Positions 1-10,044 of a stretch of DNA of 64,000 nucleotides are shown in pieces (position 1 is the stretch's first letter; the number at the start of each line of letters is the position of its first letter). This stretch comes from Andalucia godoyi And28 (lineage: Eukaryota; Protista; Jakobida): NCBI GenBank assembly GCA_009859145.1, contig VRVR01000023.1, positions 56,814 to 120,813 of the forward strand, read 5' to 3'. The translations under genes were made by a program, and so were the position numbers. The notes beneath the pieces were generated by a model, which worked only from the letters and a program-made list of their open reading frames with translations, searched no databases and was not told the origin of the DNA.

Positions 1-69
1 TTTCCGACTGATTATCGTGTTCCGTACCGCGCACTGCTTTTTGTTTCCTATTTGCGCCAAAAGTGGGGG

Positions 70-483
70 ATGGTGCGGACGTATCGATCGGAAGGTGAGG
101 CGCTGATCCGGGTCGGCGAAAACGCACGGGACAACGACTACGTCAGGAGAACCGCTCGCCAGAACCATTTGTGGTTCCACCTGGAATCGATGCATTCCGC
201 GCACGTAGTGCTCGCCGTCGCGGAGTCCGAGGCTTCGCGCCAGATGGTGGAAGACGCCGCGCTTCTTTGCAAGTACTGGTCGCGCGAGATGCGAGACCGA
301 AATGCCGCACGCGTCATGTACACAATCGTCAAGAATGTCAGAGAAGGCCGCACGGGAAACGACGGGCAGGTCCAGCTGGCAAAGACTCCAACTGTCGTAA
401 CCGTCCATGACGACCCATCTCGGCTCGCCGTTCTTTTACAGTCGGTCGGATCAGAGCCGTGGAAAGAATCCTATCGACAGTAG
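70..483 (+). CDS. Stand-alone NFACT RNA-binding domain (DUF814) protein, 137 aa
   Basis: IRVGENARDND...LWFHLESMHSAHVVL...AALLCKYWS...VMYTIVKNV matches the NFACT-R pattern (G-K/E-N-x2-ND, WFH, S-H-V, Y-T-x2-K-N-V); first ATG at 70. Confidence 0.85.
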   Translation: MVRTYRSEGEALIRVGENARDNDYVRRTARQNHLWFHLESMHSAHVVLAVAESEASRQMVEDAALLCKYWSREMRDRNAARVMYTIVKNVREGRTGNDGQVQLAKTPTVVTVHDDPSRLAVLLQSVGSEPWKESYRQ

Positions 484-566
484 TTGCGATCCTCGATCGC
501 AAGGCCTTTTCCTTTTGAAGTTTTTCGTTTTGCAGAACACAGCCATACCGCTCCGGAGGCTCTGAA

Positions 567-1454
567 ATGTCGCTTCATTTCCCATGTTGGAGCAGTGGCC
601 ATCGGCGACACCCGCTCGTGGTGCTTCATGGTCTGTTTGGCCGGGCGGCGAACTGGCGGCCTCTGCTGGCTCCGCCGCCCGCATCCACTACGACTGTTGC
701 GTCGTTGTGTGTGGACCGCGAAGTGCATGTGCTGGACTCGACGCATGCGACACACTATACATATCCGAGCCTGGCTTGTGTCCTCCATGCACAACTCGAC
801 CGGATCTTTGGGCCTGCTTCCCAGCGGGGCGATGGAAAACCGCCGGTGATTATGGGCCACTCGATGGGCGGAAAGACGGCCATGTACTCGCTTCTGGCAG
901 CGCCGCGGTCCACATATGCAGCGGCAATTATTGTCGATGTGGCGCCGGTGTCGTATGTGGGGAATGCCTGGTGGACTGTCCCGCGAGTGGTGGACGCTGT
1001 GCATCGTACGCTGCCGCTGCTTGCGATGGACTCGGCCACAGTCTCCATTGCCGACATCACGCATGCGCTCATGAAGGATCTTGGCGGGGACAAGCGCACA
1101 GCACAATTCCTTGCGTCTTCGATTGATCGAGCCCGGAGAGCGTGGTGCGTCGATGTCCACGCTATTCGCAGAGACGTTCTCTCCATTGGCGATTTTCCGT
1201 TTCCGCCACTGCCTTTGCCTTCTTCCAGTTCTCCCCGTTCTCCGTCCATGCAAGAGGACAGTCTGCCACCTGTGTTGTTTATTGGCGGTGCAAATTCAAA
1301 CCATACGTCTGCCTCGTATGATCCTGTGATCCGAAAAGTGTTTCCAAACGCAGAGATTGTCCGAATTCCGTCGGCGGGACACTGGGTCCACGTCGACCAA
1401 CCGATGCTCTTCACCGAAGCTGTCCGCTCCTTCCTCTCTACCCACTCTCTCTAA
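567..1454 (+). CDS. ABHD11: Alpha/beta hydrolase, ABHD11/YbfF esterase family
   Basis: LHGLFG oxyanion motif, GHSMGG nucleophile elbow, VDVAP, FIGGANS, GHWVH catalytic His. Confidence 0.85.
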   Translation: MSLHFPCWSSGHRRHPLVVLHGLFGRAANWRPLLAPPPASTTTVASLCVDREVHVLDSTHATHYTYPSLACVLHAQLDRIFGPASQRGDGKPPVIMGHSMGGKTAMYSLLAAPRSTYAAAIIVDVAPVSYVGNAWWTVPRVVDAVHRTLPLLAMDSATVSIADITHALMKDLGGDKRTAQFLASSIDRARRAWCVDVHAIRRDVLSIGDFPFPPLPLPSSSSPRSPSMQEDSLPPVLFIGGANSNHTSASYDPVIRKVFPNAEIVRIPSAGHWVHVDQPMLFTEAVRSFLSTHSL

Positions 1455-1596
1455 ATATATATATTTATATATAAAACAAGAATGTGCATTCCGGTCTTTT
1501 GTAAATGCAGATACGGATGCTTGGGTGTGCGTGAACTGTGCGTTCTGTGTGAGTGGTGGAGTTCAAAATAAGAATGGTGTTTTTACGTGTACAACA

Positions 1597-1759
1597 TTAT
1601 ACTTGGGACCGCACGCCTCCAAAGACGGACGTGACGCTGGGATTCGGCTGTGCTGCAAGTCCGTGGCTGCTGCCGCCAATCATTGCATTTACTCCAAGTG
1701 CCGCTGCTGCTGCTGCTGCTGCTGCTGCCGCTGCTTGCTGTTGCTGTTGCTGTTGCTGC

Positions 1760-1791
<32 letters not shown>

Positions 1792-2598
1792 CTGCTGCTG
1801 TTGTTGTTGTTGTTGCTGTTGGTGCAGATGTTGATGCATCTGCTGATGCTGGACAGCCGCTGCTACTGAGGACGATGATGACGATGAGGCAGGGTTCGCG
1901 GCAAATCCAAGCGATGGCCGCATGGCGATTGGCCACACCGCGACGCCGCCCGGCATTGGTCGTACTGCGACTCCGTTTCCCATTCCATATTCTCCGCGAG
2001 CATGCAGGGCAGCCAAGTATCCTCCGGTTGCAGCGCTAATCCCCTGCGCAGCTTCCCGCTCTCGCGCCGCCGCTGCACCACCCATCTGCACCGTCTCCAT
2101 GCTCACCAGATGCACACCGCGCTGCCACACACGCAGCTGGAGCGACAATGGAAGCACCGACACTGTAGCCCACGCCGCCTGAAACACCGCTTCCTCATCC
2201 ACCACTCCGCCGCTGTTCCCAAGACTGCTCATCCCCGTCGCGCTCGAGTTTGCTGCATTCATCGATGACGGCACCGACGAAGCAGATGACGAGGACGAGG
2301 GTGTCTGTGACACTGTGACGGTGACCGGGACCGGGATTGCTGTCCCCGGCATCGTCGCGAGAATCGGTGCTCCCGCCGCCGTTGTCCCATTATCTGTCAT
2401 CGTAGTGCTCACTGGATCCCCAGCATTGTTCGACGAGACATCTGTCGCGGGTGTCGGTGTCGATGATGTTGTCCGCGGCTTCTTTGCGTGCGGTCGCACT
2501 GGCTGAGAATCCTCCGCAGGTGTCACAGGCGGCGCAGAGCCCGACGAGCGTGACGCACGCTGCTGTACACTTCGGAATGACGACGACTCTTGCTGCAT
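1597..2598 (-). CDS. Hypothetical low-complexity protein with poly-Gln/poly-Ala tracts, 333 aa
   Basis: ATG-initiated ORF; S/T/P-rich N-terminus, short helical core (EAVFQAAWATVSVLPLSLQLRVWQRG), about 30 Gln followed by 12 Ala; other frames give only poly-L/poly-C. Confidence 0.65.
1699..1820. repeat. Imperfect (CTG/TTG)n trinucleotide repeat
   Basis: Directly visible; encodes the Q/A tract on the minus strand. Confidence 0.95.
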
Positions 2599-3146
2599 GT
2601 TCTTTCACCCACCCTGCTCAACCACCACGCAATCAGTCAAGAAACACAGTGGAGGAAATAATGAAATGGAAAATAATGAAATGGAAAGAAAAATAAACAG
2701 TGGGAAAAAATAATTTTCTTTAATTAAAATCGTTATTATAAATTAAAAAGAAATGAGTAAAGAGAGAATAAAGACGGAATGAAGAAACAGAGAGTAAGGC
2801 TGTGTGGCGGGATGACTATGGACGATTTTTCACGAGAAGCCCTTCAAAGACTTGAGAGAGAAAGAGAGAGAGGGGCGGGGGGGGGTGGGAGGGCAGCATC
2901 AAGGGCATCATGCAGGTGATGCTGACTTTTGACTCAAGTGAGAGAAAAGAGGAAAATTAAAATAGACATGAAAAGAAAAAAACGCCTCGAGTGCGGTTGA
3001 GACTTTTTCTTCTCGTTTTCCGATTCCGTTTCCTTTTCTTTTCCTGATGGAATCACGCATTGGGATTTTTTTAGTATCATAGTTATTATCATCATTATTA
3101 TTTATTTTTATTTTATTTTATTTTATTTATTTATTTTTCACTGTAA

Positions 3147-3557
3147 ATGGGAAACCAGTCGGGGAAAAATGCGTCGGAAAAGGCATATCGGCAGCCGGCA
3201 TTTGAAAGACTGGTTGCTCTGCCGTATCCACAGACTCAAGCGTCCTCCACTACGACGACGACGACGACGACGACGGTTGTGACGGATCAGTACATCCATT
3301 ATTACAATACGCGACGCTCGACGACGCTCGGTGCGCCGGATGCAAAGCGGCTTGGGATCGCTACGACGCATGACGAAGCATCACAAGATGCAAAGATCTC
3401 ACCGGCACAGCTGCAGCCATCCGGTTACTTTGTGCAGACGGACGGAAAGACGAAAGCGCCGTTCATGTATGCCCGCAAAGAAGGCGATGAAAAAAACGTC
3501 TTTTACGTCGCACCGCGCAAACACGGACAACCACATCCGCGCGCTCAGGTTGCTTAG
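3147..3557 (+). CDS. Hypothetical protein, 136 aa, possible N-myristoylation (MGNQSGK)
   Basis: ATG after an AT-rich leader, GC-rich coding-like composition, Gly2, poly-Thr. Confidence 0.6.
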   Translation: MGNQSGKNASEKAYRQPAFERLVALPYPQTQASSTTTTTTTTTVVTDQYIHYYNTRRSTTLGAPDAKRLGIATTHDEASQDAKISPAQLQPSGYFVQTDGKTKAPFMYARKEGDEKNVFYVAPRKHGQPHPRAQVA

Positions 3558-3971
3558 GCAGCGGGAGCCCTTCAAATCATCAATATTTATAAACTACTGT
3601 ACAGACTACTGCCGTTGTTGAATTCTGGAAGCGAATCCCCCCCCCTCCCCCCCAAAAAACTCCCCCCGATCATCAATGCCCTTTCCCCAAACGAAAGAAA
3701 AAGTCTCTTTGACAGAGAGGGAATAAGGATTGGGAATTCCGCACAAAGAAGAGAAGCGGAAGAGACCTCAATTTCGGCTCTTTTCAAAAAGCAGTTTATT
3801 TTCATCGTTCTCTTCGATTGTTATATCACTATTCTTATTTTTATATTTATATTTTAAACCCATTTTTGTTTAATGTATGCTTTTTTTTTTTCCCTTCGGG
3901 TGACAAATTACAATTTATCTTCGCATTGAACGCAAAGGAGGAATATTAAAAAGAAAAAAAGAAAGAAAAAG

Positions 3972-4886
3972 ATGAGTCCGCAAAGTGTGGCTTCGTTTTC
4001 GCCTCGGAATTCCTTTATGTTATCGTTTTCACATACAAAAAGCCGCTGTTTTCGCAAAGATTCACAGACTCGGATTCAGACACGGGCCGAGGATGCATGT
4101 CCTCAGAGGGTTCGCAAGGATGCGATTCCAAGTCCGTTGTCCGTGACGACTTCTCCAGAATGGTACCATGCATTTCCAGCGCTGACTGTGGATGCCGTCG
4201 CCATCCGCCGTCGCCCTCGTCGTTGCAGCACTGGCAGCTTGAAACGACCGCGATTGTCATCATCATTAGCATCGCCATCGTCGTCGTCGCCGGTTGTTGA
4301 TGTGGACGCGTTGTTGGAAGAAGAGTCGTTTTGCGCATTGCTGTTTCACGAGCACTCAGATTCGTTCTGCTCCGTTCATTCAGAAGGGTCGTCCGCGGCG
4401 GCGTCCGATTGCGAGACTCCGCCGCTTTCTTCCTCTCCAGACTCTACTAGCAGAACCAGCACCGGCACTAGCAAGAGTAGGAGTGGTGATGATGGTGATG
4501 CGCGAGAGGTTCTGCTGGTTCGAAGAGGCCGGCCGCCGTACGAGGGCTTTTGGGCGCTTCCAGGAGGGTATGTGGAGTACAATGAAGATCCCGAGATCGC
4601 GGTGCTTCGGGAACTGAAGGAAGAGACGGGCGTCAGCGGATGCGTAAAGGGACTGGTGGCGGTGATGGGCGATCCGTCGCGAGACCCCGTCAAACACGTC
4701 GTCACGATCGGGTATGCAGTTCAGGTATCGGACGACGCCGACGAGTGTCTTGTGCCGGGCGACGATGCGCTCGATGCTCGGTGGATCCCATTGACAGACG
4801 TCCTCGAGGGCAATATCCAACTCGCTTTTGACCATGCGGAATTGATCTCACAGGCCGCGCTTTCCAAAACACTGTCTTTTCAATAG
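3972..4886 (+). CDS. Nudix hydrolase (ADP-ribose pyrophosphatase-like) with a 100-aa Ser-rich insertion
   Basis: Complete Nudix box GYVEYNEDPEIAVLRELKEETGV; PALTVDAV, LLVRRGRPPYEGFWALPGG, DPSRDP, GDDA, LAFDH. Confidence 0.9.
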   Translation: MSPQSVASFSPRNSFMLSFSHTKSRCFRKDSQTRIQTRAEDACPQRVRKDAIPSPLSVTTSPEWYHAFPALTVDAVAIRRRPRRCSTGSLKRPRLSSSLASPSSSSPVVDVDALLEEESFCALLFHEHSDSFCSVHSEGSSAAASDCETPPLSSSPDSTSRTSTGTSKSRSGDDGDAREVLLVRRGRPPYEGFWALPGGYVEYNEDPEIAVLRELKEETGVSGCVKGLVAVMGDPSRDPVKHVVTIGYAVQVSDDADECLVPGDDALDARWIPLTDVLEGNIQLAFDHAELISQAALSKTLSFQ

Positions 4887-5272
4887 TACCGGGAGGAGCT
4901 TCTGTCCCGGTGCAGAAATCAAGTTGTTTTGTTTGCTTTTGTTTGGTGTTCCGTTTTCAGTTTTCATTTCATGTAGAAAATGAGTGTGAGGCTCTGGATA
5001 GTTGTGTTTGAGCTTGCACAAGGACTGCATGGCGATAAAAAAAGATTGTTTGGTGCCAGCCGGTGCTCGGAGCGCACGTAACTCAGTACGTATACGTTCG
5101 CGAGTAAATATTCTCGTTTGTTGTTTGACTTCATTATCATTTGTTTATTGTTTTGTTGTTGTTAAAAAGCAACTGTCGCACGACCGTAGAAGAAGCGGGA
5201 GAGTTTCTAGTTGGGCGGGAAAACTGATTATGCTAACAAAACGGTCCTCGACACAGACTACAGTAGCTCGCC

Positions 5273-5338
5273 AACCCTAGGTCCGGCACACTGGAACCCT
5301 AGATAATTGGTAAGAGCCCAAACCCGGGCCTTTGGGCT
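5273..5338 (+). promoter_or_regulatory. Putative ribosomal-protein promoter module: 2x AACCCTAG (telo-box-like) plus inverted AGCCCAAA/TTTGGGCT (site II-like)
   Basis: AACCCTAG at 5273-5280 and 5295-5302; AGCCCAAA 5315-5322 and TTTGGGCT 5331-5338, 130-200 bp upstream of the RPL35A ATG. Confidence 0.45.
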
Positions 5339-5468
5339 TGCCTTTCCTTTTCCTTTTGCACTCTGCTTGTGCTTGTTTGTGGTTGGTTTTTTAATTTTGT
5401 TTTTGGTATTTTGCTGTTTCCTTTGGGTATTCTGTTCACCACAAAATCATAAAAAAAGGAGAGAGAAG

Positions 5469-5801
5469 ATGTCTGGCCGCCTGTATGTCCCCGGCAAGTT
5501 CCTCGGTTTCCAGCGCTCGCTCGTGAACCAGAACGTGAACACCAGCCTCGTCAAGATCGACGGAGTCAAGTCCCGTGAAGAGACCGAGTTCTACCTCGGA
5601 AAGCGCATCGCCTATGTCTACAAGGCCAAGACCGCACGCAACTCTGCAAAGGGTGTCTCCACCAAGGTCCGTGCCATCTGGGGTCGTGTTACCCGCGCCC
5701 ACGGAAACTCGGGTGTTGTCCGCGCCAAGTTCCAGACCAACTTGCCCGCTCGTGCAATGGGTGCCTCCCTCCGCGTCATGCTCTACCCAAGCCGCGTTTA
5801 A
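5469..5801 (+). CDS. RPL35A: 60S ribosomal protein L35a (eL33), 110 aa
   Basis: [14 protein letters not shown]...[13 protein letters not shown]...[25 protein letters not shown]...RVMLYPSRV; true ATG at 5469. Confidence 0.98.
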   Translation: MSGRLYVPGKFLGFQRSLVNQNVNTSLVKIDGVKSREETEFYLGKRIAYVYKAKTARNSAKGVSTKVRAIWGRVTRAHGNSGVVRAKFQTNLPARAMGASLRVMLYPSRV

Positions 5802-6148
5802 GTCCGTTTTGTTAGCTATTATATTTTTTTTTGGTTTCACATGGAAAAAAGACACGAGTGCAAATTTGCTAAGAAAAATGAATCACGTTGTTTAGAATCG
5901 CATTATCAGCATTTGATCTGTTTATCCTGTCTTCATGATGGACGTACTTCCTTTTCATTTATTATTTTTTTATTATTACAAATTTACAACGATAGCAAAA
6001 CTGTCCTTTGCTACGAAAAACCCGCATAACACACGTCATTACAAACTACAGACGACAAACTACGCATTTCAAAGTCATCGCAAGCTGCGGAACGCCCGCG
6101 CACCATCGTCATTGTCGTGGTCGCGGCGATGATGACGTTGGTGTAGGT

Positions 6149-7081
6149 CTAGTGGGTTGGTGAGAAGCAGCGCTGATACATGGATTCGTGCTCTGATTTG
6201 GCGATGACGGACTGTCGGATTCCAAGCAGCTTTTCTTCCTCCGCCCGCTTCTGCTGGGCTTCCTTCATTCTGCGAGCGTACACAACGGACGGCGTGTCCT
6301 TGAGGAACCCCGTTGGCTTAAACACCCTTCGATTGCGGTCCTCGGGATAGTGAATGTGCACACCCTTTGAGGTTCTCGTTGCGGAACGCTGCGAGGACAC
6401 GAGCTGCCGGTCTCGGTTTTCCTTTTCTCTGTCCAGCTTCTGCTGAGCCGTGGCGAGCCAGTCGTGTCGGTACGCATGTGCAAGGACCATTTCCAGCTCC
6501 GAAGACGACTCGTTTGCCTTTCGTTTGACAAGCTGTGCATCCCGCTCGGCTTGCATTGCACACTGGGACCGCTTTGAATACAGCGACGCGGGCGGAGTGA
6601 CCGAACGAGGCTTCACTCTCGGAACACTCATTTCCTCCTCCAACACATTCCTGTACTTGGACACCGCCTTAGGTGTTGTCGCGCCCATCACAAGCGTCTG
6701 TTTGTTCAGCCTGCGGAAGTCCACATCCAGGTAATTCTCGTCTGGCACGCTTTCGCTGGCAGGCGACCCCGACTGTGCTGCTGAGAGCGCGGACAGTGAT
6801 CGGTCGGCCGGCGGCTGCACAGCAGAGGAAACCCCATCGTCCCATGACCCTATCGCGCCCTTCACACCCATTGTGTCTGTCTGCAGCGTAATCCCTTTCA
6901 ACCGCGCATCCGCACCACGAACAAGCGCAGGAGATCGTGAGTGTGTTCCATACGCAGACCCGTCCGGAAGCGTTTGGCTTCGAACCGGCGATGTGTGGCG
7001 ATTGCGCATCACGATCCGGTTATCTCGGACCGTCTCGTCAATGCTTGTCAACCGCGGCGTCCGTTCTTCAATGCGATCCAT
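6149..7081 (-). CDS. Hypothetical basic/coiled-coil protein, 310 aa
   Basis: Long ORF, first ATG at 7081, charged helical C-terminal half; no family recognised. Confidence 0.75.
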   Translation of the reverse strand: MDRIEERTPRLTSIDETVRDNRIVMRNRHTSPVRSQTLPDGSAYGTHSRSPALVRGADARLKGITLQTDTMGVKGAIGSWDDGVSSAVQPPADRSLSALSAAQSGSPASESVPDENYLDVDFRRLNKQTLVMGATTPKAVSKYRNVLEEEMSVPRVKPRSVTPPASLYSKRSQCAMQAERDAQLVKRKANESSSELEMVLAHAYRHDWLATAQQKLDREKENRDRQLVSSQRSATRTSKGVHIHYPEDRNRRVFKPTGFLKDTPSVVYARRMKEAQQKRAEEEKLLGIRQSVIAKSEHESMYQRCFSPTH

Positions 7082-7791
7082 CCCGTACACACACTGCTGA
7101 GCGTAGATCCTCGGCAAAAAATATATATATCACGCTTTATCCTGAACAAAAAAGATGAATCCGCCTATTAAATAACACGCACTCTATAGTAGCCCTAATG
7201 AGTAACAGTGGTTCTTTATCAGCAGAGAAAAAGCACAGCAGCAAAGCCAAGCAAAAACGACCTCGCAAAAAAAAATAAATAAATAAATAAAAAATAGCAG
7301 TTTGAAAGGATAAACCGCTCTCGTTCGGTTTGCTTCGGCGATCAAATACGTAACTTCATGCGAGCAAACGGCGGCTCCCTGTGCGACGTCAAGACGACCA
7401 GAAGGTTTACACTGGACAGATCTGCTTCGACGTGTGGGGGGAAAGACTCGGCGGCTCTCAGCAAGTCCCAGTATGTGCTCCACGATACAAGTCTTTGTCT
7501 CTGCATGCTCACCGCGGCGCTTCCTGCTGACGATCTGCTGGATGATCAGGAGGGGCTTCCGCCACTGCATAAGCCGCGGCCTACCGATGCCACACGGGCC
7601 CACCCCTCCCCGGTCGCTCCCCCCGGCAAGGAGAACGGAGAGCGAGAATTCGTCGCACCCTGCCTGTCGTACACACACCCCCTTGCATCGTCGAGGCCAG
7701 CCCAAACCTCTGCGGCCAGCCGCCCAGCGGAAGAAGAAGAACAACAGCAACAACAACAACAACAACAACGAGAAACGGCAACTGAACAGAA

Positions 7792-10044
7792 ATGAGCCGA
7801 GCCGGTGTGCTAGCGAGTGTGCTGTGCGTGTTTTGTGCATCAGCGTGTCTGGCATCGATTCCGTCCGACTGGGCATCTGCGTACGCATCTGCGGATCTGT
7901 TGTACTACGACCCTTCGTCGCAGACCGCGACCGAAAGTGGGACTGCGAAGGACGGTGGCGAGAATGGCGTGCTGAATCCGTCTGTTGGAAACGGGTTCTT
8001 TGCTACGGTGATTGACTCCGGGGTGCTGTATGTGGCCAACGTGTACAATGGGCCTTCGCAGGGCCCGACGCCGTCTCATGCTGCGCAGATCCCAGCGCCG
8101 TTCACAACTCTGTCATTGACTTCGGGTCCGAAGATGGCTGCAGAGGCTTTGGATGTGCGCAATGCGGCGTTTTACAAGAGGTATGCGGTGGCAGGGCTAC
8201 CGTCGAATGCGTACGTCCAGGAGTCGTGGGTAGCGCACCGAGTGCTCAAACACGTGATGGTCTACACCGTACAGATCGTCCAGGTGGATCACCACCACCA
8301 GACGGCAGGGCCGCTGGATGGGCTCAGCGTCAATGTGTGCTTCCAGCAGAACAGCGTCTCGTGGACATCGCCTGATTTTCAGTTTGTGCCAATCCAGTCG
8401 TCATCACCACCGTTGCCCACCAACACAACGCTCGTTATTGGGCAGACCCTGGTGCCTGAGCTGGACGGAATGCCCGTGAACACCCTGGTGTTTCTGATGG
8501 ACGACTTGCCTGCCTGTGTGTCGCTTTCGGACGCAAGCCCGCGGAGGGATTTCCTGTGGATCGTGGACTTTTCCGTCGAGTCGGCGCTGCAATGGTACAA
8601 GAATGCCAGTTCGATGGACCATGTTTCGCGGTGGAACTCCCATGTGGAGGCTTGGAGCCATCTGTGGTCTGCATCCGTGGATATTCTTGGAAACTTGGAG
8701 TCAACCGTGTCGCTGGCGGACTCGGCGAGCTCACTGGCTCTTGCGCAGACCATCAATTCTTCATATTACTATCTGTTTACGTCGTTGGATCCGCAGTTGC
8801 CGCATTCCATTTCTCCAGGAACTCTTGCCTCGAACGGATACAACCAACATGTCTTCTGGGATGCCTGCACTTGGATGCTCCCGCCTATCGCAGTGTTCCA
8901 CCCATCAATTGCGGCCATGATGCTGCAGTATCATGTGGATCGCATTCCGCAAGCAATTCAAAAGGCAAGGTCCTATCCACAGGGGGGCTACAAAGGAGCG
9001 ATGTTTCCATGGGAATCTGCACAGACCGGCGCGGAAACCTGTCCCAGCTGGGCTCCTACTGGTCAGCAAGAGCAGCATATTTCTGGCGACATCGTGGTTG
9101 CTGCCGAGTTCGTCTATTGGCTGACTCGCCAACCGGATTTCCAGTTTGGAATTGCATGTCCATTGGCCACCAATATTGCTGAGTTTTGGGCGTCGAGAGT
9201 GGAGTACGGCGCGTCCGACGGACAGTACCACATCAATGTTGTGATTCCTCCCGATGAGTATGCGGTCGGCGTCAATGATTCTGTCTACACAAATGTGGCC
9301 GCGGCAAAGTCCCTGGTGTTTGCGCAGACTGTGTGCGCCGCTGCTTCCTCAGACACCAATGTGAGACTCTACGGAGATGTTGCGTCGCAGATGTTTGTTC
9401 CGTACGACTCGGTCAATGACCGCCACCCGGAGTTTGCTGGGTACAGTGGACAAACTGTGAAGCAAGCCGATGTCGTCCTTCTTGGATTCCCTCTCGACTA
9501 TGCGATGAATGCCTCAACGCGCAGAAACGATCTCGACTACTATTCTGCACGTACAGACAGCAGTGGTCCTGCGATGACTTGGGGTGCGTTTGCGATTGGG
9601 CATCTCGAGCTGCAGAGCCCTACTCTTGCCTTCCCGTTCTTCCTGCGGTCCTATGCTAATGCTCACGCTCCGTACTTTGTGTGGACAGAAACCCCAACAG
9701 GCGGAACGACCAACTTTGCTACCGGAATGGGCGGCTTTTTGCAAACAATGGTCTTTGGGTGGGCGGGGATGCGCGTTCGCAGCGACGGCGTTCATTTCAA
9801 GGCGTACATTCCTGACAATGTTCCGCAGGGGTTCCGGCTTCGCAACATCAAGCTGTGGGATAACTCTGCTATAGATGTTACAGTTCTCCGCCAGTACAGC
9901 GGAATCGCGAACGTCGCATGCGTTCAATGTTCAGCTTCCTCGGTCTGCGTCAAGACCGACCAAGGCCAAACAGTCCGCTTGAAGCCTCTCTCCGAAACTA
10001 CTGCTGCACGTGTTGGTGGCGAATTTCTTGTATTCCCGTGCTAA
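7792..10044 (+). CDS. Secreted glycoside hydrolase family 65, PGGHG/acid trehalase-like, 750 aa
   Basis: N-terminal signal peptide; HVFWD, GAMFPWES, EQHISGDI, PPDEY, VKQADVVLL, GPAMTWG, VWTE, NFATGMGGFLQ. Confidence 0.92.
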   Translation: MSRAGVLASVLCVFCASACLASIPSDWASAYASADLLYYDPSSQTATESGTAKDGGENGVLNPSVGNGFFATVIDSGVLYVANVYNGPSQGPTPSHAAQIPAPFTTLSLTSGPKMAAEALDVRNAAFYKRYAVAGLPSNAYVQESWVAHRVLKHVMVYTVQIVQVDHHHQTAGPLDGLSVNVCFQQNSVSWTSPDFQFVPIQSSSPPLPTNTTLVIGQTLVPELDGMPVNTLVFLMDDLPACVSLSDASPRRDFLWIVDFSVESALQWYKNASSMDHVSRWNSHVEAWSHLWSASVDILGNLESTVSLADSASSLALAQTINSSYYYLFTSLDPQLPHSISPGTLASNGYNQHVFWDACTWMLPPIAVFHPSIAAMMLQYHVDRIPQAIQKARSYPQGGYKGAMFPWESAQTGAETCPSWAPTGQQEQHISGDIVVAAEFVYWLTRQPDFQFGIACPLATNIAEFWASRVEYGASDGQYHINVVIPPDEYAVGVNDSVYTNVAAAKSLVFAQTVCAAASSDTNVRLYGDVASQMFVPYDSVNDRHPEFAGYSGQTVKQADVVLLGFPLDYAMNASTRRNDLDYYSARTDSSGPAMTWGAFAIGHLELQSPTLAFPFFLRSYANAHAPYFVWTETPTGGTTNFATGMGGFLQTMVFGWAGMRVRSDGVHFKAYIPDNVPQGFRLRNIKLWDNSAIDVTVLRQYSGIANVACVQCSASSVCVKTDQGQTVRLKPLSETTAARVGGEFLVFPC

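Noticed and set aside
4206-4505. Nudix and eIF2B-alpha insertions as unspliced in-frame introns
   Set aside because: No GTATGT/GTAAG donor or U-rich acceptor at the borders, and composition is GC-rich like exons; not excluded without RNA data
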